From Neophaeotheca triangularis (Eukaryota): a stretch of DNA of 64,000 bases. Of the stretch, positions 33,894 to 43,119 are shown piece after piece. The translations under genes were made by a program, and so were the position numbers. Each line of letters begins with the position of its first letter. Position 1 is the stretch's first letter. The notes under the pieces are model-generated. The model did no database searches. It worked only from the letters and a program-made list of their open reading frames with translations, and was not told the DNA's origin. Where the stretch lies: the NCBI GenBank assembly GCA_054600435.1, contig BAAIJX010000009.1, positions 434,001-498,000 of the forward strand, given 5' to 3'.

Positions 33894-34614
33894 ATGACGA
33901 CCTCAATACCTATCCGCACTGCCCAAGTCCTAGGCCTAACCGGCACAGCCTTCCTCTCCGGTCCGCAACCCCAAAAAAACCCAACCATCCCTCTCCTAGC
34001 CCCCAACCCAAAACCCTACTAACCTTCCCACCCAACAGGCCTAATCACAACCTTCTCCCTCATAGCTGTGCCGGGCATAGCCTCCACTCTGCCCTCGAAA
34101 CCCTCCTCCGGCCCCGAAGCTCACGGAAACCAAAAACCTTCCCACCCCTGGACAGCAGCGCGGCAATGGCAGCACATGTACCTCCGGGGCAAATACCTAG
34201 TCCCGCCGTTCGCGCTGGCATGTTCCGCGACGTTCGGGTCGCTGGCTTTGAGACGTACGTATTCTTCGAGCCGTGAGATCTCTTTTGCGGCGGTATTTTT
34301 TTTTTTCGCTGATGGATTCGCTAGTGTGGCCGCGATCCGAGACCGTCTCTGGACACAGTCTGGTGTTGCTGGCTCCGGGGTACTTGTATGCGGCTGCTGC
34401 ACTGCTGGTGCCGGGGATTGTGCCTTTTACGCTTGGAGTTATGATGCCTACAAATGACGCTTTGGAGGGGATTGTGGCTCAAGGGCCGGGGGCGGCGAGG
34501 GCGGACGAAGTCGGCGAGCTGATGCAGAAGTGGAAAGTTTTGAATTACACCAGGGCGTCGATGGTAGCTGTGGCAGCGATGTTGGGCGGTTTAGCGATGG
34601 CGCAGACAATGTAG
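33894..34614 (+). CDS. DUF1772/anthrone oxygenase-like membrane protein; introns 33961..34038 and 34255..34324
   Basis: The spliced product reads MTTSIPIRTAQVLGLTGTAFLSG...AARQWQHMYLRGK...IVPFTLGVMMPTNDAL...LMQKWKVLNYTRA. Both introns are GT-AG with branch sites. Confidence 0.78.
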
Positions 34615-34717
34615 ATTCAACGCGCTACCATGGAACTAGTGCAATTCGTAATTTGTTCAATGGTACAATATCTTCTTTTCTATTCCTTTCCTTTCCTTCG
34701 ACTAAAGCCCGAGCTTC

Positions 34718-37700
34718 TTACTCGTTGAAGTTACCCTCCCCAAGATCGACCTTACCTACACTCCAAACCTCTCTTTCATCCTCACGCTCGTCGCTACTGA
34801 GCCCAAGACCACCTTGGCCGCCTTCTGCCTCTTTCCTCTCCCTGGCCTGCCCACTCAGCCTCAAAGCCACACGCTTGAAGTACTCCTGCATGCTCCTCTT
34901 CTGGCCCGGGGGCAACTCGGCGCCAGGGCCAGCCATGTATTTCTCGAAAACTGCGCCTTCTTCCTCGACAACGTTGAAGATTCCTAGGAACGCCGCTTCC
35001 GCTGACAGCTTAACCGGGATGACAGGGTCGCGCACCGAAGCGAAGATGGGAGGCGTGAGCAGTGGCAAATGGGGACGAACCATGTCGTTGTCTTCGCGGC
35101 TGATTGTTCGGACAACCACTAGCGAGAGGCGGCGACTGTCGACTGAGTTGCCTGGGGCAATCACTGTTGCCAGAGCTTCGAACAGAGGTTTGCAGGCATC
35201 GAAGCTCTTGTTGCTGCTGGGGGTCAGGAGATACTTGCCTGCCGCGAGCACTGCGTTGTCCGCGATGAAGGGATGCTTGCTCCCGATGCCTTGAGATATA
35301 ATCTGTGGCGTGACTTCACCAAGAGCGCCACTGGTTAGAGACTCAGGCGATTCCAACAGCACCGAGTTCAGGGCGAGAATGGAGGGATTGGTGAAGTTTG
35401 TGGTCAACACTCGGGATCTGGCTTTTGTTAGTTGTCTGTGCACGTCAGATTTGGGGAAGAAGACTTGCTTGATAAGAGCTGTAGCGGAGTCTGCCGGCAA
35501 GACTCTGATCAGCGCTCCTAGCAAACGGGCAAATGTGATGTTCATCGTGTCGTCGGAGTCGGCGGTATCAGAGTCGATCAAACCCAGGATCGAGTTGCGT
35601 GAAACCTCGTTCATGTTCGCACCGGCCTTGCTGACAACTTCGTAGAGCGCCTTGAGCATGGCGTTGCGCACACCTGTATCCGAGGTTTTCGAACCAGTGA
35701 CGAGCTCGGCAATCAGAGGATCGATACGTGGTGTCATCGTGATGAGAGTACCGAGGGCCTTGGCGGCTCTTGACCGTAGCACCTCGCTCGATGGATCCGC
35801 GAGGGACTTGGCAAATGTACGCTGCAGCTGAGGCAGGAAAGGCCGCAAGGCTGCGGGCACCTTCTGGAGGAGGTTGTTGAGCGTGAGCAAGATGGCAGCC
35901 TTCAGCTCGACAGATCGCTCAGAGACAACACGAATCAATGGTCCAGTGATGTTGGTAACGAAGGGTTTCAAGCCTTCGGGACTGGTACGGTCGATGAGGT
36001 CTGAGATGGCGAGAGCTGCTTGGGTACGCTGCTCCGCGGAGCCGTTCATGAGACCTTGCAAGAAGATTGGAAGAATCGCATTGATCCCCTTGGGCAAACT
36101 GAAACCCGGCAAGTTGTGGCCCGCGACACCGACCTGGTTGAGAGTCGTCTTGGTCGAGCTCACCAATGATTCCATCTCCTCTTTCCGCAGGTGTTGCGTG
36201 AGGGCAGACAACGCAGTCCAAGCAGCCTTGACAACCTCTGGATCGCTGTCATCAAAGGCAAGGAGCAGACCACGTATGAGGTCTGGGTAGTAGCGTGAGT
36301 AGTCGACATCGGCCTCGGCGAAGAATTTGGCGAGATGCAGGTCCGCTCTGGCCCTCTTGCGGTGATCGTCGTGCTTTATCATGGCAAGCATCACGCTCAT
36401 CATAGTGTTCAAGCCATCATACTCGTCCACTGATTGCAAAATGGCATCAAACGACCTTTCAAGATCTGCCCTGAGCTCTTCATCTTTGCTTGACACAATG
36501 CTGTCCATAAGCGAGTTGAGGATGGTAGGCAGCCTTCTTGTCATGGAAGAGCCCGCAACTTGTGACAGTGATGCCAGAGCCCGGGCATTGAAAGCCGAGA
36601 TAGGCGTGGTAAGCAGCGTGGGCAGAAGGTTTGGCAAGATAATGTTTGATCTTGTGGTCTCCGTGAGCAGGGTGAGCAATGCTGAAAGGGCGTTCTGAGC
36701 GGTGTCTTCGGCTCGTAGGAGGTTGAGCAGGTACGGTAACACCTGGTCGACCACACGCTTGCCAATCGCACGCTGCAAGGAGTCGAAAGCTTCTGCAGCC
36801 GCTTCTCTGACATCTCCATCTGAGTCGACGAGCGCAGTACGGACGACCTGGATGAGTGTCTTCTCGTAATCCTCAAGCGAGTCTGGAGAGGCGGCACCAA
36901 TGAGCTCGCGTAGGGCAATACAGATACCTTGTCTTGCGTCTGTATCGGTCGAAGTCTGCAAGCCCTCTTCGAGTGTAGGTAGCAAAGTAGCCAAAACACC
37001 TTCACCAGCCTTCCGGATAAGCTCGCCAAGAGCGTTGCCGGCAATGACCTTTTGCTCCATGTTGGAGCTTGCCAGTCGGCGAATAAGGAATTGCGTGAGA
37101 GTCGGAATGAGCTCTCGCAGGGTGCGTGGCGAGGAAACGAGTGCCTTCCAGACGTTGACGGCTGCCGTTCGCACGAGACCAGAGGTATCGTTGCGGCAGA
37201 TGTAAAGGGCTGAGAGCACCTTGTTGCGCCTCTCTTCGCCGAGGACCTCGAGAAGAGATGCACCAGCTTCTTGTGCAGTCTCTTCCACGTCCTCTGCCTC
37301 CGTCTTGCCACTGATTCCTGTAAGGTTGAAGAGCAAGTCTCCGACAAGTTCCACCGAACTGAGACGGATGCGGTAGTTATCGTCTGCAAGACCACGCTCG
37401 AGCTCGGGGAGCAAAAGGTCGATCGAACGTGTGGCGAAATTTTTGACGAGCAGGCGACCGGCTCGCAGAGCCGTCTCGCGAATAGACTCGATGTCGTCCG
37501 CTAACCCCGCAAGAATGGGCGGAATAATTCTTCCAAGGTAGTTGGAAAAGCTGTTACCAAAGCAAGCAGGCAAGAAGATAAAGAGAGACATGAAGCCCTC
37601 GCGTACAGACGCCTTTGAGCTTGAGACGTTTTGCAAAATTGTTGGAAGAGTATCTTCAAGGCGACTCGTACCAAGGCCAGCAAGAACCTCGCTGAGCGCT

Positions 37701-40700
37701 TGTGCAGATCCCAAACGATCGCCAGCTCCACTGTCGGATTTGAGCGTCGCCATGAGACTTGGGATGAGATCGGGCAGAGCATCCTCGCCGAGCTTCTCGA
37801 TGGTTGAGCCCAAAGCCTTGGAAGCGGTTGCTCTTGTCGTGGGCACGGGGTCAACGATGGCTATGCGCAGACCAGCCACCAGGATAGGCAGATGGTTGAC
37901 GAGGTCTCTACGCTCTGTAAGATGTGCAAGACTGCCGATGATCTGCGACGCCTTGCGCTTGGTGGCAGATCGGTCGCCCAGACCACGTTCTAGAATGCGC
38001 ACAACCAGTGCAAGCGACGGAGCGTCCAGGTAATGAATAAAGCTGACCTTAATCAAAGCATCCAAGGCATCGTCGGTGTATTTTGTGGGGTCACTCAGTG
38101 CCTTCAGTAAGATGTTGACCTGGCTCTTGACTTCAGGGTTGCTAATGACTTCTCCGAAGCGCTGCAAGCTCCTGTTGGCGGAGGCTCGAACCTCCTTGTG
38201 ACTGTCATTGAGAACGTCAGTAAGCGGCGGGATGATATCTGGCAAGCTGACCGCCAATTGCTGCGGGTCGAGGTATGCCATGGCACCCAAGGAGTCGCAA
38301 GCTCCCTTTTTGCTGCGCCATTGCTGTTCTTCCAAACCTTCCAGCAGCATCGGCAAAACCTCCTTCACACCAAAAGAGCTCAAAGAGGCGAAGCACGTCT
38401 TCGCAGCGTCGAGACAAGCATCTCGAACATCGGCACTAGCATCACCAAAACCGGCGAGAAGTTGAGGCACGATCTGAATAACGTATGGCTCAAAGACGCG
38501 CCCAAGGAGCAACGACATCAGCTCAAACGCCAAGAAAGCACCCTGTCGCTCATTGATGTCCTTTTTGTTCTCAGAAGCGCCCTTGAGCGTAGAGACAACG
38601 CGACTTTCGCGCAACGCTGCGATACCTCTACCTTTGACAACACCCGCAAGACCGTAAGCAGCGCCTCTCCGAGCCGCATACTTCTTCGAATGCAAAGTCT
38701 CGTCGATCATTTGCTGTAGGTACTTGGTTGCTTTGTCTTTCGATGCACGAACCAAGGGCGGCAGACACTGTGCCACAGCGTATTGTACAGACTCTGAAGG
38801 AGTGTTGAGGGTGGAGAGAAGCCTCTGCACGACAGCAGGCACACGTTCATCGCCCGGAGGGAGATGACGTGCAAGCGCACCATATAAGATGACGACGGCT
38901 TCGTTGACTGCATCTTGAGCCGCGGAGCTGTGAGTAGAGCTCTCGAGTGTGCTTTCGCAAAGCTTCATCAGTGCCTCGACTTGGGTTTGAGCTTGCGCGG
39001 AAATGATTGTGACTGCCGAATTCACCATGGCATCGCGAACGGCGTTGCTACGATCGCCAAGAGGGCCGCTTTCAACAAGGAAGTGCATGAAAGGCACCAG
39101 GTGATCCGGCGGAAATACTGGCGCAAGCTCTCTCAAAGCCAAAGCAATACCGTGGCGGGCTTCCCAGGGGTCCGACAAGTCTTGTTTGAGGAGCATTCCG
39201 TATTTGTCTTTCTTGGGTATCTTTTCTTTCGCTCTGTCAATGTATGTCTCTTGCAGACGATTGAGCAGACCCTCGAAGCTCGAAGGATGCTGTTTCGTTG
39301 CAGCAGCGACTGCTCGCGCAGTAGCTCGCCGCAATTGGGCGTCTTTTGACTCAAGGTACGGGAGGAGTTGATACACAGAGTCCGGTGCCACCTTCAGCTC
39401 GTTCTCTTCCCAGATCTCATGCGCAATATCAACGTGTTCGTCTACATCATCGTGGCAAGCGAGCCAAACTTCTTCGTAGAACTCGCGATCCTCGAGATCA
39501 AGCTCAGCACTGATTGCCTGCAGTACTGCACCCCGCACGGAAGTATCGGGGACAATTGCGCCTTGGACTATGGTGTTGGTTTCAGGTTCGCTCGTGTTAG
39601 GTGCAATACTACGGCACAGATCAGAAAAGCAATCCTTGAGAGCCTTGAAGTGCTGAGTATGCCTCATCATAGAATCAATCAGCAGACTCAGCAGCTGCTG
39701 ACGAGGTAGATGAGTATTACTGCAAGTGTCGGTATGGAACGATAAGAAGTCCATGGCAAGCATCATCTGCTCGTCTGCGTCTTCGCCGGCTGGACGATCG
39801 ATACCGCCCTGCCCGAGGACAAGGAACATCAGGGCGAAGATGTAGCTCAAGCTGACGGTGTCGAAAGGTCTTTGCTCTCCCAGCGATCGTAGACGATAGA
39901 GTAGCCTGGTGACGAGGTCGCCTAAAGGTTCGGCAAGCAGGTTCTCCGGTATTGTGGTTATACCCGCTGCTCGCAGAGTCGCAACGCCAACAAAAGAGCG
40001 CAGGGGACCCAAGCGGTTGCTGATGCGATCAGCGCAGAGCAAATAGCCAAGCGCGGCGGCATCACCTAGAATAAGACCAGCGCCGGCTTGTATCACCTCA
40101 AATAGGAGCTGCACAGATGGCCCAAACCAGGTCTCTGCTTCGGTTGGCGGTCCGACCGAGAGCGCACTGATGATTCCGATGCCGCGACGCAGTCGGTCGT
40201 TGATGTCTGCCACCTGTGCCCTGATGCCAGACTCTTTGGACAGTTGCGCAGTCACCTTAGCTTGCTCATCCGCAGTAAGCTTCTTTGCTTGCCCTTTCTT
40301 TTGGGCCAATTGCGCTCTAAGCTCCTCTTCCCACTTGAGCGTGTCGTAGTCTTTTGTGTTCTTGCTGATAGGTTGACTGGGACCTTGCTTTGAGAGCACA
40401 TCCACGAATGCGGTTCCCTCTGGCGTGCGGTAAATGGCAGCCTCGGTGGGTCCGATCTCAGCAAGTTGCGAAGGGTCGAGGTCCCGCCTAATCTGAGAAA
40501 CGATCAAGGGCGTCATAGCATCTGGTGCCACGAAGGCTAGCTCAGCCGCAGCTCCGCACGCCGCAGACTGGAAGGCTACGAGTGGCTTGTATGCCGGGTC
40601 CTCAGTTACTGCCAATATGCTGGCAAGACACTTCTCTGGAGCTTCTGAGGCAAGCTGTCCGGGATCAACATTGGTACGTAGACAGAGCTCGATCCAGAGT

Positions 40701-42811
40701 GCCCTCGGAATCAGTTGCTGTCGACAGAGCACCAGGAGCCTGGTCATCTGGTCTTGCAAAACTTCCTTGGGAATCAATAGACCCGACTTCTCTACAGTCT
40801 CCGGAGCTAGGCATATTGATTGTACGACCCGAAAGAGCTCACTACGACCCGTCTTTGCAGCGACGGCGGCGCTGTCTTTTGCTTCGGTTTCGGCATCTTC
40901 ACACCACTGCCACAGCCCCCCGGCAACAAGCTTCGCCACCTTCTCAGGCTCAGCGAGGTACATGGTCTGCAAGAAATTTGAAGCGTCTTTTTTCATGAGT
41001 GCCGACAAATTTCCACTAGTCAACGTGAAGATGAGAGCTTGTGCCCAGGCTATCGAAGCATCATCACCTTCATCTGTCGGCGTCAACTTTGAAAGAGTTG
41101 ATTGCAAAGCGCGAAGCAGCCATTGAATGTCTTCTTTGGCCGTCATCTTCGAGTATACCCTTGGGCTAAACAGGAATGATGGCTTCGATCCAGTGGCCAG
41201 TGCCTTCTCGGCGATCCCGGCCTTTTTGACAGCTGCGAGGCTTTTGAGGTTCGACATGGCGGGGACCTTTGATGAAGCTAAAGCCACTGTAGCGCACGCG
41301 ATGGCAGCCTGACCGTTTTGGGTTGCTGGCATTGGGTTGGCGATGACTTCATTGAACGCATCGATAAGCTTCGGGATCCCGGCGTCCGCAAAATCGCAAG
41401 CAGTATCTCCGTTCAGACTTTCTTCGGGCAAAGACCAGATCGTGTCGGCAAACTGGAGAGCCCAAACTCGTCGCATTGGTAGTTTCTTCTCGGCCAAGCC
41501 CTTCGAGAATGCATCATGGATGGACTTGTCCAGCGACAAACCGTTATTTAGGCCGTAAGAGATGAAGCGAGAAGCCGCCGCGACCTCCGCAGAAGCAGCA
41601 GCCTCGTTGGGTTCTTTTGCTGCGGTAGCTATTAGCCCGGCGGACGCCTTGAGAGCCACTTCATTGGTAGCTTCTAGCGCTCCAATCATGTTGGCATGAG
41701 CGGTGCGCTGGTCTGCTGATGCGACCTTGTTGGTTTTCAAGGGCGTAAGAATATCCTCAAGAATTTTCTCCAAGCTCTTGCTGTCGTGGCAACGCTTAGC
41801 TGCAACCTCAAACGTATGAAAGGCACCGCTCCGTACAGCTGCGTTGGTAGACTTTGTGCTAGAAAGCAAAGGCTTCAACAAGTTGTCGGCCAGAACCTCG
41901 GAGAAATCCAGTGATGGGGGCAACGAGGCAATCATTGGCGCGACCAAGTCGTTCAACACGACCTCGGGTGCACGCAGTAGCGATTTTTCAACACCGGGCA
42001 CGATTTCTTTCCGCAAATCATCGATGCTGACATACGATGAGAAGAAGTCGGCCAACGAACTTGCAATGTACCAAGGTAATTGAACTCGCGACCCTAGAAT
42101 CTCACGTAGATAGAAAGCAAAGAAATCAGCCTTGTGAGCTTCTATTTGCTCAGTCCTATCGGGCAACCTTTTGCAGACGCCCGCAATGATGCCCAATGGC
42201 AGTGCGTTTTTAGGCGTGGGCGCTGGGCCCTTGGTTGCGAAGTGTTGTACGCATGTATCAATTGCTTCAGCCCCAAAATCGGCCTTGAACAGCACGCGGA
42301 AGGCGCGTCGGCTCACGCGGAATGCTGTTGACTTTGTGCTCTCTTTCGGGTTGGATGCAAGCAGAGTATTGAGAGCGTTGTTGAGAGCGTTCAGCAGTCG
42401 CGTGCCGCAACCCTCCCACACGTCCTTGTTTGAGGCAGCCGCCTGGAGAAATAAAGAGGTCCATCGTACAAGGGTAAAGGCGTTTGCAGGTGCTATCGCA
42501 GGTTTCGCTGCCTCCTTTTCTATGACATTTGAGAACGGAACGACGAGATCTTGCGCATCTGGTCCAGAAGCAAACAATGATAAGCACCTTTCGACAGCCT
42601 GACGGGATCTTGTGTCTACGTAAAGAGGATATGTTTCGAAGAGGAGCTTGAGGAGAGGAGCACGCTGAGCTTTCGGAAGGTCGGGGAGCTTCTCGTGGAT
42701 GTGGTGAAGTTCGGATATGCGTTGCCTCGTCGAAGGAGAGAGCAAGACCTGGCGCGCCTCGACCAAGTCCAGATCTTGTTCGGCGTCTCCGTTGGCGACC
42801 GTTTCCGCCAT
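34718..42811 (-). CDS. GCN1: Translational activator GCN1 (HEAT repeats); probable GC-AG intron 35468..35418
   Basis: About 2680 aa with ARRGAAYGLAG, WRSKKGACDSLGAMAY, HYLDAPSLALVVRILERGL, RIRLSSVELVGDLLF and ITGPLIRVVSER. The first plausible ATG is MAETVANG at 42811. Confidence 0.95.
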   Translation of the reverse strand: MAETVANGDAEQDLDLVEARQVLLSPSTRQRISELHHIHEKLPDLPKAQRAPLLKLLFETYPLYVDTRSRQAVERCLSLFASGPDAQDLVVPFSNVIEKEAAKPAIAPANAFTLVRWTSLFLQAAASNKDVWEGCGTRLLNALNNALNTLLASNPKESTKSTAFRVSRRAFRVLFKADFGAEAIDTCVQHFATKGPAPTPKNALPLGIIAGVCKRLPDRTEQIEAHKADFFAFYLREILGSRVQLPWYIASSLADFFSSYVSIDDLRKEIVPGVEKSLLRAPEVVLNDLVAPMIASLPPSLDFSEVLADNLLKPLLSSTKSTNAAVRSGAFHTFEVAAKRCHDSKSLEKILEDILTPLKTNKVASADQRTAHANMIGALEATNEVALKASAGLIATAAKEPNEAAASAEVAAASRFISYGLNNGLSLDKSIHDAFSKGLAEKKLPMRRVWALQFADTIWSLPEESLNGDTACDFADAGIPKLIDAFNEVIANPMPATQNGQAAIACATVALASSKVPAMSNLKSLAAVKKAGIAEKALATGSKPSFLFSPRVYSKMTAKEDIQWLLRALQSTLSKLTPTDEGDDASIAWAQALIFTLTSGNLSALMKKDASNFLQTMYLAEPEKVAKLVAGGLWQWCEDAETEAKDSAAVAAKTGRSELFRVVQSICLAPETVEKSGLLIPKEVLQDQMTRLLVLCRQQLIPRALWIELCLRTNVDPGQLASEAPEKCLASILAVTEDPAYKPLVAFQSAACGAAAELAFVAPDAMTPLIVSQIRRDLDPSQLAEIGPTEAAIYRTPEGTAFVDVLSKQGPSQPISKNTKDYDTLKWEEELRAQLAQKKGQAKKLTADEQAKVTAQLSKESGIRAQVADINDRLRRGIGIISALSVGPPTEAETWFGPSVQLLFEVIQAGAGLILGDAAALGYLLCADRISNRLGPLRSFVGVATLRAAGITTIPENLLAEPLGDLVTRLLYRLRSLGEQRPFDTVSLSYIFALMFLVLGQGGIDRPAGEDADEQMMLAMDFLSFHTDTCSNTHLPRQQLLSLLIDSMMRHTQHFKALKDCFSDLCRSIAPNTSEPETNTIVQGAIVPDTSVRGAVLQAISAELDLEDREFYEEVWLACHDDVDEHVDIAHEIWEENELKVAPDSVYQLLPYLESKDAQLRRATARAVAAATKQHPSSFEGLLNRLQETYIDRAKEKIPKKDKYGMLLKQDLSDPWEARHGIALALRELAPVFPPDHLVPFMHFLVESGPLGDRSNAVRDAMVNSAVTIISAQAQTQVEALMKLCESTLESSTHSSAAQDAVNEAVVILYGALARHLPPGDERVPAVVQRLLSTLNTPSESVQYAVAQCLPPLVRASKDKATKYLQQMIDETLHSKKYAARRGAAYGLAGVVKGRGIAALRESRVVSTLKGASENKKDINERQGAFLAFELMSLLLGRVFEPYVIQIVPQLLAGFGDASADVRDACLDAAKTCFASLSSFGVKEVLPMLLEGLEEQQWRSKKGACDSLGAMAYLDPQQLAVSLPDIIPPLTDVLNDSHKEVRASANRSLQRFGEVISNPEVKSQVNILLKALSDPTKYTDDALDALIKVSFIHYLDAPSLALVVRILERGLGDRSATKRKASQIIGSLAHLTERRDLVNHLPILVAGLRIAIVDPVPTTRATASKALGSTIEKLGEDALPDLIPSLMATLKSDSGAGDRLGSAQALSEVLAGLGTSRLEDTLPTILQNVSSSKASVREGFMSLFIFLPACFGNSFSNYLGRIIPPILAGLADDIESIRETALRAGRLLVKNFATRSIDLLLPELERGLADDNYRIRLSSVELVGDLLFNLTGISGKTEAEDVEETAQEAGASLLEVLGEERRNKVLSALYICRNDTSGLVRTAAVNVWKALVSSPRTLRELIPTLTQFLIRRLASSNMEQKVIAGNALGELIRKAGEGVLATLLPTLEEGLQTSTDTDARQGICIALRELIGAASPDSLEDYEKTLIQVVRTALVDSDGDVREAAAEAFDSLQRAIGKRVVDQVLPYLLNLLRAEDTAQNALSALLTLLTETTRSNIILPNLLPTLLTTPISAFNARALASLSQVAGSSMTRRLPTILNSLMDSIVSSKDEELRADLERSFDAILQSVDEYDGLNTMMSVMLAMIKHDDHRKRARADLHLAKFFAEADVDYSRYYPDLIRGLLLAFDDSDPEVVKAAWTALSALTQHLRKEEMESLVSSTKTTLNQVGVAGHNLPGFSLPKGINAILPIFLQGLMNGSAEQRTQAALAISDLIDRTSPEGLKPFVTNITGPLIRVVSERSVELKAAILLTLNNLLQKVPAALRPFLPQLQRTFAKSLADPSSEVLRSRAAKALGTLITMTPRIDPLIAELVTGSKTSDTGVRNAMLKALYEVVSKAGANMNEVSRNSILGLIDSDTADSDDTMNITFARLLGALIRVLPADSATALIKQVFFPKSDVHRQLTKARSRVLTTNFTNPSILALNSVLLESPESLTSGALGEVTPQIISQGIGSKHPFIADNAVLAAGKYLLTPSSNKSFDACKPLFEALATVIAPGNSVDSRRLSLVVVRTISREDNDMVRPHLPLLTPPIFASVRDPVIPVKLSAEAAFLGIFNVVEEEGAVFEKYMAGPGAELPPGQKRSMQEYFKRVALRLSGQARERKEAEGGQGGLGLSSDEREDEREVWSVGKVDLGEGNFNE

Positions 42812-43119
42812 GCTGCCGATAGGTATCGAATTAGGTGTACAGAAAGGACAAGATAAGGTGGTCGTCTGAGTAGGGCCTGACGTTGCGGTTGGAGCTACAA
42901 ACAATTTGAGCGGCGTCCGTATGGGGAAAGACAGCCGAGACAACGCCGACTGTGACGCGCGCCTCAGTTTTGTGTTGGATGGTATGACTAGGCACGTGCT
43001 CGACAATAAAGCTTCAACATTACTTTCACCTCTCTTATGTCGGCTCGTGATTTTTGAAACAACGCACCAGACCAGGATCTCTTTCACCTGGATTATAGCG
43101 TACTTCTAAGACTACAACA

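Noticed and set aside
42812..43087. 92-codon upstream extension of the GCN1 ORF
   Set aside because: It starts at a non-ATG codon, has no Gcn1-like character and fills the divergent promoter; probably a chance open frame.
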